Of a stretch of 64,000 nucleotides of DNA, positions 29,479-39,721 are shown piece by piece. Position 1 is the stretch's first letter. Every line of letters starts with the position of its first letter. The notes below the pieces were generated by a model. That model did no database searches. It worked only from the letters and a program-made list of their open reading frames with translations, and was not told where the DNA came from. Both the position numbers and the translations under genes were made by a program. Source of the DNA: a bacterium (GTDB taxonomy: Bacteria > Zhuqueibacterota > Zhuqueibacteria > Residuimicrobiales > Krinioviventaceae); NCBI GenBank assembly GCA_963675755.2, contig CAXXMD010000003.1, positions 1,280,001 to 1,344,000 on the forward strand, in the 5' to 3' direction.

Positions 29479-31134
29479 ATGAAAAGAATTTTAACACTGC
29501 CTGTCTTGATTGTATTATCGGTTAACCTTTTTGCTGTGAATACGTTTCAGTACAAACAAATACTTCCCAGTAGTCAATGGTCTGACTATACACCAGACAG
29601 ACCCCATACAGCAGTATTAATGGGAGACGATGGAAATATTATTGTCGCCAGTCAGGCGTTTTCTTCTGAATGTATCGTTATGCAGAAAATTGATCCTTAC
29701 GGGAATCCTCTGTGGGCTGATCCCGAAACGGGTTTAAAGCTCGTTGATAATACCACAGCTACTGATGTAAACTATTACCCAAGTATGGCCAGTGATGGTA
29801 ATGGTGGAGTATATATAACATATGCTGCCGGTGTTTATGCAGTGGTTGGAACTGAATGGCGATTTTATTTTGACACTTATCTTCAGCATTTAGATGCTGA
29901 CGGGAATAAGCAATGGAGTGATAAAGGATTATTACTGAAAACCGGTTCATACCCATGGGATATTGCTAGCGATGGTGACGGAGGTGTGTATGTACTGTAT
30001 GACGGGGATTCAAATTGCGACTATTATCCGGGGACCCTTTTGCAACATGTTAACAAAGAGGGTGAAAAGAAATACACCGGATCGGGATATTCTATAATGG
30101 AATGTGACTCATTGTATTTAAGAAGACTTTATCCGGATGGTAATAACGGAATATTTATATCAAATGAAAATAACTATTTGCAACGTATGAATGTTGAAGG
30201 AGAGTTCTTTTTTCCTATACCTTATCTTGATACGGGATTACCAAATCTCCAATATCAATGGTTTTTTAATAATGGTGAAACGATAATAATTGCTGGTAAA
30301 GAAAAAGGAACCAGAAATTTTAAAATTCAAAAACTGTCAGCAGATGGAGAATATCTATGGGATCAAAATGGGTACACCTATACTTGGCCGGATTCTCTTT
30401 ATTTTTACCCTTCAATTATTCAAAATAATGATTCGTGTTTTACTGTTTTTTCAGATTTATATACAAAAAAAATTAATATTAATAAATCTGTTCAATTTTA
30501 TCAATTAGAAAAAATTTTGGATTTTGGCGATTCTCCACCTAGTGTATTATATTCTAAAAATACAAAACAATTTGGAACATTTGTTCTTTACGCATATTCA
30601 GAATACTTGAATTTTAAATACAGACATTTTATAATATTTCAAAAAATTGATAATACTGGTTCACTTCCATGGGGGGTAGAAGGTGTAACATTATGTGATT
30701 CGTCAGGGATTTTATTGCCTTCTCATTCATTATTCACCATAAATGAACAAACCGGAACAGCTCAGGTATTTCTGGAATTTCACTATGGCTTGCATGTTGC
30801 AATAGTTGACCTTAAAACCGGTACATTGATTAATGAAAAGAACAATAAAATTCCAGAGAATTTTTCAATTAAAAACTACCCCAATCCTTTCAATTACAGT
30901 ACCACAATCCAATATACGCTGGACAAACCGGGCCAAATAAAACTTAGCATATACAACATACACGGTCAAAAGGTGACAACATTGCTCAACAGTTATGAAA
31001 CAGCAGGAGAGCATCGGTTAATGTGGGACGGTACTACAGATCGGGGTGAACCTGCTGCTTCCGGGATTTATTTTGTCAAATTAACAAGGGATGAAGCAAC
31101 CTCTGAATTAAAAAGAGTGCTGTTGTTGAAATAG
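29479..31134 (+). CDS. Secreted protein, probable beta-propeller of a different repeat type, with the near-identical C-terminal sorting domain (cassette gene B)
   Basis: Signal peptide ending LFA; repeats SDGxGGVY...LQH(L/V)D..G...W...G; same C-terminal domain as gene A. Confidence 0.82.
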   Translation: MKRILTLPVLIVLSVNLFAVNTFQYKQILPSSQWSDYTPDRPHTAVLMGDDGNIIVASQAFSSECIVMQKIDPYGNPLWADPETGLKLVDNTTATDVNYYPSMASDGNGGVYITYAAGVYAVVGTEWRFYFDTYLQHLDADGNKQWSDKGLLLKTGSYPWDIASDGDGGVYVLYDGDSNCDYYPGTLLQHVNKEGEKKYTGSGYSIMECDSLYLRRLYPDGNNGIFISNENNYLQRMNVEGEFFFPIPYLDTGLPNLQYQWFFNNGETIIIAGKEKGTRNFKIQKLSADGEYLWDQNGYTYTWPDSLYFYPSIIQNNDSCFTVFSDLYTKKININKSVQFYQLEKILDFGDSPPSVLYSKNTKQFGTFVLYAYSEYLNFKYRHFIIFQKIDNTGSLPWGVEGVTLCDSSGILLPSHSLFTINEQTGTAQVFLEFHYGLHVAIVDLKTGTLINEKNNKIPENFSIKNYPNPFNYSTTIQYTLDKPGQIKLSIYNIHGQKVTTLLNSYETAGEHRLMWDGTTDRGEPAASGIYFVKLTRDEATSELKRVLLLK

Positions 31135-31153
31135 ATAGCTGACTTTAGGAAGC

Positions 31154-31184
31154 GATCGTGACGGAGATAATCTTTGTCACGATC
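31154..31184. repeat. REP-like palindrome family P1, copy 2
   Basis: GATCGTGACGGAGATAATCTTTGTCACGATC. Confidence 0.85.
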
Positions 31185-31340
31185 TTTAATATAGAAATCT
31201 GCATCGCCATCAGAGTTAGGATTTATTTCGTTCTACCTGTAGATCCCATTTCAATGGGATTGTCCACAACCAGGTGGACTGTATCAAGAGTTAAAAAAAT
31301 GCCTTAACATATTGAATAAACAGAATTTATCCAGACATAG

Positions 31341-31368
31341 CGTTCCCAAACAGGAGTTTGCGAACGAG
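31341..31368. repeat. REP-like palindrome family P2, copy 2
   Basis: CGTTCCCAAACAGGAGTTTGCGAACGAG. Confidence 0.75.
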
Positions 31369-31398
31369 TATAGACAAATATAATTCTAATCTATTACT

Positions 31399-34300
31399 TT
31401 ATCTTGCTATAATCAACTTGCCGATTTCTTCAACTGTCTTGCTTTCCCCTTCATAATCGGATTCGGCTTTGATCTTGTACAGATAAACACCATTTGCTAC
31501 AGCGTCGCCGTCCTGGTCATAACCATCCCATTTTTCCGGAAAGATGTTGAACCCAATGCTCACAGGTGTGGGTTCGAACTTTTTGATCAATCTGCCCGCA
31601 ACCGTATAGATCCGGATTTCGGCCATAGCATCCTGACTGATCTGAAAGGTAAACTGGGTATCATCCGTCATGGGATTGGGATAGTTGACAATATCCCTGA
31701 TCAACAAATCTTCATTTTGCACAACCACAAATTCGCTCTCAACCGCTCCGGAATTGTTCGAATTGTCCCACGCTTTAACTTTGATAGTATGACTGCCTTC
31801 GCTCAACTGCTGCAATGGATATTTCAATGTGCCTGAGGTATAACTGCCCTCATTGTATTCAAAATACTCGGTAATATCGCGGACCGCTTCTTCATCTTCA
31901 TCCAGCACCATGGTAATCTGATGGCCTATATCACCGGCAGTATTGATGCCGCTGGTGGTATCACTGATCTCGACATTCAGCGTGGTATTGCTGGAGACAT
32001 AATCTCCCGGTGCAAAATCCGGATCGCCAAAGTGTAATTTCAACTCGGGGCCTTCATGGTCCACAAGACTGGTAGATGTTCCTCCAACAATTAGACCGCC
32101 GGTATAGCCAATTCCTTCATTATTATCGTTCCAGTAATAGAAATGCACGCGTCCATCGGTACCGTTATAGGAAATATCCTTGGGGACAATAAACTGTACA
32201 TTAAAATCACCGTTTTTGATGGTTGCCGTCCCCCTAAACAGGGTGTTACCTGGAGTTTTATAATTGATTGCATCATTGGTGTTCTGGGTATAATAAACTT
32301 TGGAAGTAGGCGAATCCAAGACACGAACCATAATCTTGCCCTGGTAATCAGTCCATTTACTGCCATCCTTATTGGCATGGCCTGTAATTGACATTTTTTT
32401 CAGCGCCTGAATACTGTCAGGGGTTATATCATCAATCTGCGCGCGGTAACGTGGAGCACCCAATCGCATAGCCGGATCACCCAGATATAAAAATTTTTCA
32501 CAATTGATCCGGGACGAATTAAAAATGTCGAGCTTTGCCAAATGAACCGCTTTACCTATGCGCATGGTTTTACCAGAACTATCATATTCTTCAAATAAAC
32601 GTGCCAACAATCGTAGATTAAAGGCTTCATTGTTACTTGCATATACCACACGTGAAGAAGCAACAACACCAATTGCACCACGATCAGGGGCATACAGCAA
32701 TTCTTCAGACATGCATTGCTCCTGGACCTGGTCCCAGTGGCCAAACTCACAGGTTGCCGCTATCCACAATGCCTGTTTATGACCATTCCGGATCAAATCA
32801 AAATCTGTGGGACTGTACAACACTTTTTCATGTGCCCATCGTTGATCGTTACCATGCCCTACATAATTGAGAATTAATGAACCGCTGTTGATCTGGTCCA
32901 GCAGGTCCTGACGCGCTTCGGGTTTAGTATATCCTGAAATGCTTGCGGAACTGACCGCACGGTATTCAATTAAATAGATCTTTTTTATATTAAATTTTTC
33001 AATCTGATCAATTTGGGACATCAATTCCGCACCACGGGTGTGTCGGGGCTGGTCCGATTCTTTCGGTTGGATCTCATCATCCGCTATAAAGGTAATCGTA
33101 TTGCGCCAGTCACCAAATTCAGGATTGGTTTCATAAGCCTCTATTTTGTCAACGACACGCTGTGCCTCATCCACGGTACGCGCGTTGATTCGCCCAATGG
33201 CAATTTGCGGTCTGTCAGATTCAGGATTTGTAATAACAAACCAGTCATCCGTTGCTCGTGTATCATCCTCAACGGTTTCATCTGTCTCGTAAGGTAAAAT
33301 ATACTGGGGCACCTCCAGACCCAGAATGTTTTTGTAATCAAAATGCCCATCACCAAAGAGTAATACATAATAGGGATTGCCCCAATTCTCCTGAGCAAAC
33401 GTTAAAAAGTCACGGATGGCGCCCGGTTCTTCAATACCATAACCAAATTCCTGATACACATCGGAAATTTTCACAACCTCGGTTTCAAGCCGGTCTTGCG
33501 GGTCCCAGTTCTCTCGCAAGCTCTCCAGTTCTTTGGCCTGCTGTTCAAAATCGTCATAAGTAATGATGATATAATCGGCCTGACGGGTTTGCCGCAAATT
33601 TGCCAGGGTTGCAGATTCAATATTATCTGCCGAAACCGTTTTGTACGCGGATTCTGTCAAGGCGATATACTTTTCCGGGTATTTCGGATTGGTCTCATCG
33701 ACAAAAGTTAAACTCGACTGAGATAAAGGTACAATTTGCTCAACATTGGCAAAATCGGTAACGTTGAACACGTTAACAGGGCCGGAGAATCCACTCAACG
33801 GATAGCCCGCGGTACCTGTTCCCATTGGCCCCCAAAACACAAGCTGATCATTCACGGCAATGAACTGGCGGGCATATTCCATTTCCACATAATCCACATA
33901 GGCAAGATCAATATCTTTGGTGTTTTTATAATTTATAGTAACCGTATTGTTGCCGTTTATCAATACACCGTTATTACTCCGTTCCTCACGAAAGAGATTA
34001 TAATATACATCCGTCGTTTGGGACTTGGAAATTTCTCCCAGATTATTGCCATTGACCTGAACATTAAAATAATGCGTACCGCTCGCCGAGATCAACCCCA
34101 ATCTGGGTCTGACATAGGTGGCCTCATTGCTCACAACATTTTTTAATTCAAAAGAATAACTGCGGGAGCTGTTCATAACAGACAGAGACCTGTCTAGCCA
34201 AATGGTGCCAGAATTATAAACATTGTATTCCTCTCGTTCAAAATAGACCAGGTCCCGGAATGAATCCTGCAGTTCAGCACCGGTAGCAGAAAGGGATGCC

Positions 34301-35424
34301 ATTTCTGTCATGCGTTTTCCATCTTCTTTGCCCCAGGTCAGCCAGTAAACATTATCTTCCGCAAAGGGATGTAAATAATGTTCTAGCCGGCCCCGGGTTG
34401 TATCGTAATCCACTCCTTTTAATGACCTGCCGTAAAACAAAATATAATCGGATGCACCAAAGCTGCCGTCATCGCCACCCACAACCAGAATCGAATTCTC
34501 GATCAATGAATCCGGATTGTGGTTAAATAACGAATGTGGGATCTCTTTGCCACCATTGTTAAACAACTGAAAACTATTAGGATCAATAGAGGAAATAGGT
34601 ACTCCCGCGCTTTGCAATGCGGAACCGGTTACCTTGTACATACCTTCTTCATCACCGTTTGCGTCGCGCATGGCCGTTGTACCGTTTCCTCGGATGGTGA
34701 TCTTGTACCAGTTGCTTCCGGTAAATGGATTTGAAGAAATTTTTCTCAAGGCAGATGCCGGTTTTCTCCATTTCTGCGCTTGTTCATAGTTGAGCAGCAT
34801 GCTTGAATAAAGCTCTTCATCCGCGTTTTGTCGTATAGATGCGGTGCTGGTTTGGGTTCCTGAAAAAGTAACCTGTATTTTGAGACGTGTGTACTGTTTT
34901 AGCGTTTTCTGGTCAGAATTGTATTCAACAGGTTGAATGGCCAATGTCACAACATTCTGTTTACGAAAAAGCTCGGTCCCTAGGTTTTGAACCACTTGAA
35001 ATGCCTTTTCTGTCGAGGGAGAATTTTTAGCTTTAGCATCTTTATATTCAAGGTAATAGCCACCGTCACCGTCAGGTTTATAGTCCGGAACTGTTGCCAG
35101 TTCAACATCACGGAGCGTAGTGACATCAGAATCCAATACCTGAAAATAAGCATCTTCCTGCATGGGTACACCCAAAGACACCAATCGGACCGGTGTATCA
35201 ATGGCTCCCGGTTCCTGAGAATGTATCGCATTTTCAAATACAATATTCTTGAGCATTTTGCCATTCACGGAAACATCTGTCAAAGAAAAATTGGCAGGTG
35301 TATACTCGAACACAAATTGATTATCCGTTTGTGAAAGGATCGTAATATCAGATTCCGCTGCCCATAACGAATGTATATAAGAAAAAATAAAAAAAACTAC
35401 CAGGAGTAAAAACGCTCGTTTCAT
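31399..35424 (-). CDS. porU: PorU-like peptidase C25 (type IX secretion sortase-like), copy 1
   Basis: Start reassigned to MKRAFLLL (ATG at 35424). C25 propeptide; YVLLFGDG, TDDWF, NYVGHG (His) and ATCEFG (Cys); FIVPKDI, KAWD; C-terminal NYPNP...ANGVYLYK...GKLIIAR. Confidence 0.88.
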   Translation of the reverse strand: MKRAFLLLVVFFIFSYIHSLWAAESDITILSQTDNQFVFEYTPANFSLTDVSVNGKMLKNIVFENAIHSQEPGAIDTPVRLVSLGVPMQEDAYFQVLDSDVTTLRDVELATVPDYKPDGDGGYYLEYKDAKAKNSPSTEKAFQVVQNLGTELFRKQNVVTLAIQPVEYNSDQKTLKQYTRLKIQVTFSGTQTSTASIRQNADEELYSSMLLNYEQAQKWRKPASALRKISSNPFTGSNWYKITIRGNGTTAMRDANGDEEGMYKVTGSALQSAGVPISSIDPNSFQLFNNGGKEIPHSLFNHNPDSLIENSILVVGGDDGSFGASDYILFYGRSLKGVDYDTTRGRLEHYLHPFAEDNVYWLTWGKEDGKRMTEMASLSATGAELQDSFRDLVYFEREEYNVYNSGTIWLDRSLSVMNSSRSYSFELKNVVSNEATYVRPRLGLISASGTHYFNVQVNGNNLGEISKSQTTDVYYNLFREERSNNGVLINGNNTVTINYKNTKDIDLAYVDYVEMEYARQFIAVNDQLVFWGPMGTGTAGYPLSGFSGPVNVFNVTDFANVEQIVPLSQSSLTFVDETNPKYPEKYIALTESAYKTVSADNIESATLANLRQTRQADYIIITYDDFEQQAKELESLRENWDPQDRLETEVVKISDVYQEFGYGIEEPGAIRDFLTFAQENWGNPYYVLLFGDGHFDYKNILGLEVPQYILPYETDETVEDDTRATDDWFVITNPESDRPQIAIGRINARTVDEAQRVVDKIEAYETNPEFGDWRNTITFIADDEIQPKESDQPRHTRGAELMSQIDQIEKFNIKKIYLIEYRAVSSASISGYTKPEARQDLLDQINSGSLILNYVGHGNDQRWAHEKVLYSPTDFDLIRNGHKQALWIAATCEFGHWDQVQEQCMSEELLYAPDRGAIGVVASSRVVYASNNEAFNLRLLARLFEEYDSSGKTMRIGKAVHLAKLDIFNSSRINCEKFLYLGDPAMRLGAPRYRAQIDDITPDSIQALKKMSITGHANKDGSKWTDYQGKIMVRVLDSPTSKVYYTQNTNDAINYKTPGNTLFRGTATIKNGDFNVQFIVPKDISYNGTDGRVHFYYWNDNNEGIGYTGGLIVGGTSTSLVDHEGPELKLHFGDPDFAPGDYVSSNTTLNVEISDTTSGINTAGDIGHQITMVLDEDEEAVRDITEYFEYNEGSYTSGTLKYPLQQLSEGSHTIKVKAWDNSNNSGAVESEFVVVQNEDLLIRDIVNYPNPMTDDTQFTFQISQDAMAEIRIYTVAGRLIKKFEPTPVSIGFNIFPEKWDGYDQDGDAVANGVYLYKIKAESDYEGESKTVEEIGKLIIAR

Positions 35425-35446
35425 AGTTCCCCCAGAGGTATCAATG

Positions 35447-35475
35447 TAATCAGTTCTAATGAATTGAGAGCAGCT
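35447..35475 (-). pseudogene. Remnant of the rseC 3' end and stop codon upstream of porU copy 1
   Basis: 25 of 29 nt match 39713-39741. Encodes LLSIH* versus LLSTH*; 3 of the 4 mismatches are synonymous. Confidence 0.7.
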
Positions 35476-35597
35476 TAACAACTTTTAATATAAAAAAAAT
35501 GATTATGATCTTTGCACTGATCTAGTACAGTATATGATAAAAACTTCCTCAAGTATATCCACGATGCAGAAACTTGCATCGCAGTCATATTTTAAAT

Positions 35598-35644
35598 CCC
35601 GGCCCTTCGATACGACCGCCTGCAGCGCTCACTCGGGAACCGGG
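35598..35644. repeat. REP-like element family P3, copy 1
   Basis: CGGCCCTTCGATAC...ACTCGGGAACCG immediately downstream of porU copy 2; related copy at 63263. Confidence 0.65.
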
Positions 35645-35655
35645 GTTGAAATAAT

Positions 35656-38600
35656 TTAACGTGCTATAATCAACTTGCCGATCTCTTCTACGGTCTTGCT
35701 TTCCCCTTCATAATCGGATTCGGCTTTGATCTTGTAGAGATATACGCCATTTGCTACAGCGTCGCCGTCCTGGTCATAGCCATCCCATTTTTCCGGAAAG
35801 ATGTTGAACCCTATGCTCACCGGTGTGGGCTCAAATTTCTTAATCAGCCTGCCAGCTACCGTATAGATCCGGATTTCTGCCATGGCGTCCTGACTGATCT
35901 GAAAGGTAAACTGCGTATCATCCGTCATAGGATTGGGATAGTTGACAATATCCCTGATCAACAAATCTTCATTTTGTACAACCACAAACTCGCTTTCTAC
36001 CGCCCCGGAATTGTTCGAGTTGTCCCACGCCTTTACCTTGATAGTATGGCTGCCCTCGCTCAACTGTTGCAAAGGATATTTTAATGTACCCGATGTATAA
36101 CTGCCCTCATTGTATTCAAAATACTCGGTAATGTCCCGAACCGCTTCCTCATCTTCATCCAGCACCATGGTGATCTGGTGGCCGATATCTCCTGCCGTAT
36201 TGATGCCGCTGGTGGTATCGCTGATCTCTACGTTCAGCGTGGTATTGCTGGAGACATAATCTCCCGGTGCAAAATCCGGATCGCCAAAGTGTAATTTCAA
36301 CTCGGGTCCTTCATGATCCACAAGGTCGGTTGATGTACCGCCAACAACCAGACCGCCGGTATACCCCATACCTTCATTGTCATTGTTCCAGTAATAGAAA
36401 TGTACACGTCCGTCTGTACCATCATATGAAATATCTTTGGGGACAATAAATTGTACGTTAAAATCACCATCCTTAATGGTTGCCGTACCCCGAAACAAGG
36501 TATTACCCGGAGTGTCATAATAGATAGCAACATTGGTGTTCTGAGTATAATAAATCTTGGATGTGGGGGAATCCAACACCTTCACCATCACCTTGCCCTG
36601 GTAATCATTCCATTTACTGCCATCCTGGTTTGCATGACCGGTAATAGACATTTTTTGCAGCGCCTGAATACTGTCCGGGGTTATATCATCAATCTGCGCG
36701 CGATATCGGGGAGCGCCCAATCGCATAGCCGGATCACCTAAATACAGAAATTTTTCATTGTTAACTCTATTAGAAGAAGAATTGATAATATCCAATTTTG
36801 CCAAAAGAACCGCTTTTCCAATACGCATGGTTTTGCCGGTTTCATCATAATCTTCAAATAGACGTGCCAACAAGCGTAGATTAAAGGCTTCATTATTACT
36901 GGCATATACTACACGTGAGGATGCAACAACACCAATAGCACCACGATCCGGGGCATACAGCAATTCTTCAGACATGCATTGCTCCTGGACCTGGTCCCAG
37001 TGGCCAAACTCACAAGTTGCCGCTATCCACAATGCCTGTTTATTACCATTCCGGATTAAATCAAAATCTGTTGGACTGTACAACACTTTTTCATGTGCCC
37101 ATCGCTGATCGTTACCATGCCCTACATAATTGAGGATCAATGCTCCGCTGTTGATCTGGTCCAGCAGGTCCTGACGCGCTTCGGGCTTGGTGTATCCTGA
37201 AATGCTTGCGGAACTGACAGCACGGTATTCAATTAAATAGATCTTTTTAATATTAAATTTTTCAATCTGATCAATTTGAGACATCAATTCTGCACCACGG
37301 GTATGCTGTGGTTGATCAGAATATTGAGGTTGAATCTCATCATCGGCAATAAAAGTAACAGTATTGCGCCAGTCACCAAATTCGGGATTGGTTTCATAAG
37401 CCTCTATTTTATCTACTACCCGCTGCGCTTCATCCACGGTACGCGCGTTTATTCTGCCAATTACCATTTGTGGTCTGTCAGATTCAGGAGTTGTAATAAC
37501 AAACCAGTCATCTGTGGCCCGTGTATAATTTTCGGTTGTCTCGTCCGTTTCATAAGGTAAAATATACTGGGGCACATCCAGACCCAGAATATTTTTGTAA
37601 TCAAAATGCCCGTCACCAAAGAGCAGTACATAATAGGGATTGCCCCAATTCTCCTGAGCGAACATTAAAAAGTCTCGGATGGCTCCCGGCTCTTCAATAC
37701 CATAACCAAATTCCTGATATACATCAGAAATCTTGACCACTTCGGTTTCAAGCCGGTCTTGCGGGTCCCAGTTTTCGCGTAAACTTTCCAGTTCTTTAGC
37801 TTGTTGTTCAAAATCATCATAGGTGATGATGATATAATCGGCCTGACGCGTCTGACGTAAATTGGCAAGAGTTGCGGATTCAATATTGTCTGCAGAAACC
37901 GTCTTGTACGCAGATTCTGTCAGGGCGATATACTTTTCCGGGTATTGCGGATTGATAACGTCCGCAATAGTAACACTTGACGCTTGAGACGACGGTATAA
38001 TCTGCCCCACATTGGCAAAATCAGTAACTTTGAACACATTGACAGGGCCGGAAAATCCGTTCAAAGGATAGGCCGCGCTGCCGGTGCCTTTGGGACCGCA
38101 AAAAACCAATTTGTCGTTAACAGCGACAAACTGTCTTGCGTATTCCATTTCTATATAATCCACATAGGCCAGGTCAGTATCTTTGGTATTGTTATAATTT
38201 ATAGTAACCGTATTGTTGCCGTTTATCAAAACACCGTTATTGCTTCGTTCCTCCTGATAGAGATTATAATAAGAATCTGAAATATGTGACTTGGAAAATT
38301 CTCCCAAATTGTTTCCATTGACCTGAACATTAAAATAATGCGTGCCGCTTGCCGAGATCAGTCCCAATCTGGGTCTGACATAGGTGACCTCATTGCTCAC
38401 AACATTTTTCAACTCGAAAGAATAACTGCGGGAGCTGTTCATAACAGACAGAGACCTGTCTAGCCAAATGGTACCAGAATTATAAACATTGTATTCTTCA
38501 CGTTCAAAATAAACCAGGTCCCGGAAAGAATCCTGCAGTTCAGCTCCGGAAGCAGAAAGGGATGCCATTTCTGTCATGCGTTTTCCATCCTGTTTGCCCC

Positions 38601-39690
38601 AGGTTAACCAGTATACGTTATCTTCCGCAAAGGGATGTAAATAATGTTCAAGCCTGTCTTGGGTCGTATCATATTCCACTCCATTTAAAGACCTGCCGTA
38701 AAACAAAATATAATCGGATGCGCCAAAGCTGCCATCATCGCCACCGACAACCAGAATCGAATTTTCGATCAATGAATCCGGATTGTGGTTATATAACGAA
38801 TTTGGGATCTCTTTGCCTCCGTTATTGAACAGCTGAAAACTATTAGGATCAATGGAAGAAATGGGTACACCCGCGCTTTGCAATGCAGAGCCGGTTACCT
38901 TGTACATACCTTCTTCATCACCGTTTGCGTCGCGCATGGCTGTAGTGCCGTTTCCATTGATGGTGATCTTGTACCAGTTGCTGCCGGTAAATGGATTCGA
39001 AGAGATTTTTCTCAAGGCAGATACCGGTTTTCTCCATTTCTGCGCCTGTTCATAATTAAGCAGCATGCTTGAATAAAGCTCTTCATCCGCGTTTTGTCGT
39101 ACAGATGCGCTGCTGGTGGGTTCTCCTGAAAAAGTAACCTGGATTTTGAGACGTGTATACTGTTTTAATGTTTTCTGTGCAGGATTATATTCAACCGGCT
39201 GAATGGCCAATGTCACAATATTCTGTTTACGAAAAAGCTCGGACCCAAGATTTTGAACAACTTGAAATGCGTTTTCTGTCGAGGGCGCACTTGAAGTTTT
39301 AACATCTTTATACTCCAGGTAATAACCGCCATCACCATCAGGTTTATATTCCGGTACAGGTGCCAGTTCAACATCACGGAGCGTCGAAATGTCAGAATCC
39401 AGTACCTGGAAATAAGCTTCACCTCTCATGGGAATACCCAGAGACACCAATCGCACCGGAGTATCAATGACTCCCGCCTGCTGAGAATGGACCGCATTTT
39501 CAAAAACGATATTTTTGAGCGTTTTTCCATTCACGATAATATCTGTCAAATTAAAATTGGCAGGTGTATACTCGAATACAAATTGATTTTCCGTTTGCGA
39601 AAGGACCGTAATATCAGATTCCGCTGCCCATAACGAATGTATATAAGAAAAAATAAAAAGGACTATCAGGAGTAAAAACTCACGTCTCAT
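35656..39690 (-). CDS. porU: PorU-like peptidase C25, copy 2
   Basis: Collinear with copy 1 along its whole length; same His/Cys motifs; the C-terminal about 200 amino acids look identical. Confidence 0.88.
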   Translation of the reverse strand: MRREFLLLIVLFIFSYIHSLWAAESDITVLSQTENQFVFEYTPANFNLTDIIVNGKTLKNIVFENAVHSQQAGVIDTPVRLVSLGIPMRGEAYFQVLDSDISTLRDVELAPVPEYKPDGDGGYYLEYKDVKTSSAPSTENAFQVVQNLGSELFRKQNIVTLAIQPVEYNPAQKTLKQYTRLKIQVTFSGEPTSSASVRQNADEELYSSMLLNYEQAQKWRKPVSALRKISSNPFTGSNWYKITINGNGTTAMRDANGDEEGMYKVTGSALQSAGVPISSIDPNSFQLFNNGGKEIPNSLYNHNPDSLIENSILVVGGDDGSFGASDYILFYGRSLNGVEYDTTQDRLEHYLHPFAEDNVYWLTWGKQDGKRMTEMASLSASGAELQDSFRDLVYFEREEYNVYNSGTIWLDRSLSVMNSSRSYSFELKNVVSNEVTYVRPRLGLISASGTHYFNVQVNGNNLGEFSKSHISDSYYNLYQEERSNNGVLINGNNTVTINYNNTKDTDLAYVDYIEMEYARQFVAVNDKLVFCGPKGTGSAAYPLNGFSGPVNVFKVTDFANVGQIIPSSQASSVTIADVINPQYPEKYIALTESAYKTVSADNIESATLANLRQTRQADYIIITYDDFEQQAKELESLRENWDPQDRLETEVVKISDVYQEFGYGIEEPGAIRDFLMFAQENWGNPYYVLLFGDGHFDYKNILGLDVPQYILPYETDETTENYTRATDDWFVITTPESDRPQMVIGRINARTVDEAQRVVDKIEAYETNPEFGDWRNTVTFIADDEIQPQYSDQPQHTRGAELMSQIDQIEKFNIKKIYLIEYRAVSSASISGYTKPEARQDLLDQINSGALILNYVGHGNDQRWAHEKVLYSPTDFDLIRNGNKQALWIAATCEFGHWDQVQEQCMSEELLYAPDRGAIGVVASSRVVYASNNEAFNLRLLARLFEDYDETGKTMRIGKAVLLAKLDIINSSSNRVNNEKFLYLGDPAMRLGAPRYRAQIDDITPDSIQALQKMSITGHANQDGSKWNDYQGKVMVKVLDSPTSKIYYTQNTNVAIYYDTPGNTLFRGTATIKDGDFNVQFIVPKDISYDGTDGRVHFYYWNNDNEGMGYTGGLVVGGTSTDLVDHEGPELKLHFGDPDFAPGDYVSSNTTLNVEISDTTSGINTAGDIGHQITMVLDEDEEAVRDITEYFEYNEGSYTSGTLKYPLQQLSEGSHTIKVKAWDNSNNSGAVESEFVVVQNEDLLIRDIVNYPNPMTDDTQFTFQISQDAMAEIRIYTVAGRLIKKFEPTPVSIGFNIFPEKWDGYDQDGDAVANGVYLYKIKAESDYEGESKTVEEIGKLIIAR

Positions 39691-39721
39691 AATTCCACCA
39701 GGTTTTTAAAAATAATCAGTT

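Larger units (their letters stand above)
30876..31372 (+). repeat. Repeat C copy 2
   Basis: Direct repeat of 28605-29102. Confidence 0.95.

Noticed and set aside
28605-31134. Near-identical sorting domains as a DGR template/variable repeat pair
   Set aside because: No reverse transcriptase in the window, both copies are coding, and the differences are not confined to adenines of one copy.
35425-35481. N-terminal extensions in the ORF track for porU copy 1 (and likewise 2806, 56329, 56853, 62446)
   Set aside because: Downstream ATGs fit signal peptides, RBS position or non-overlap better; the porU extension overlaps the rseC remnant.
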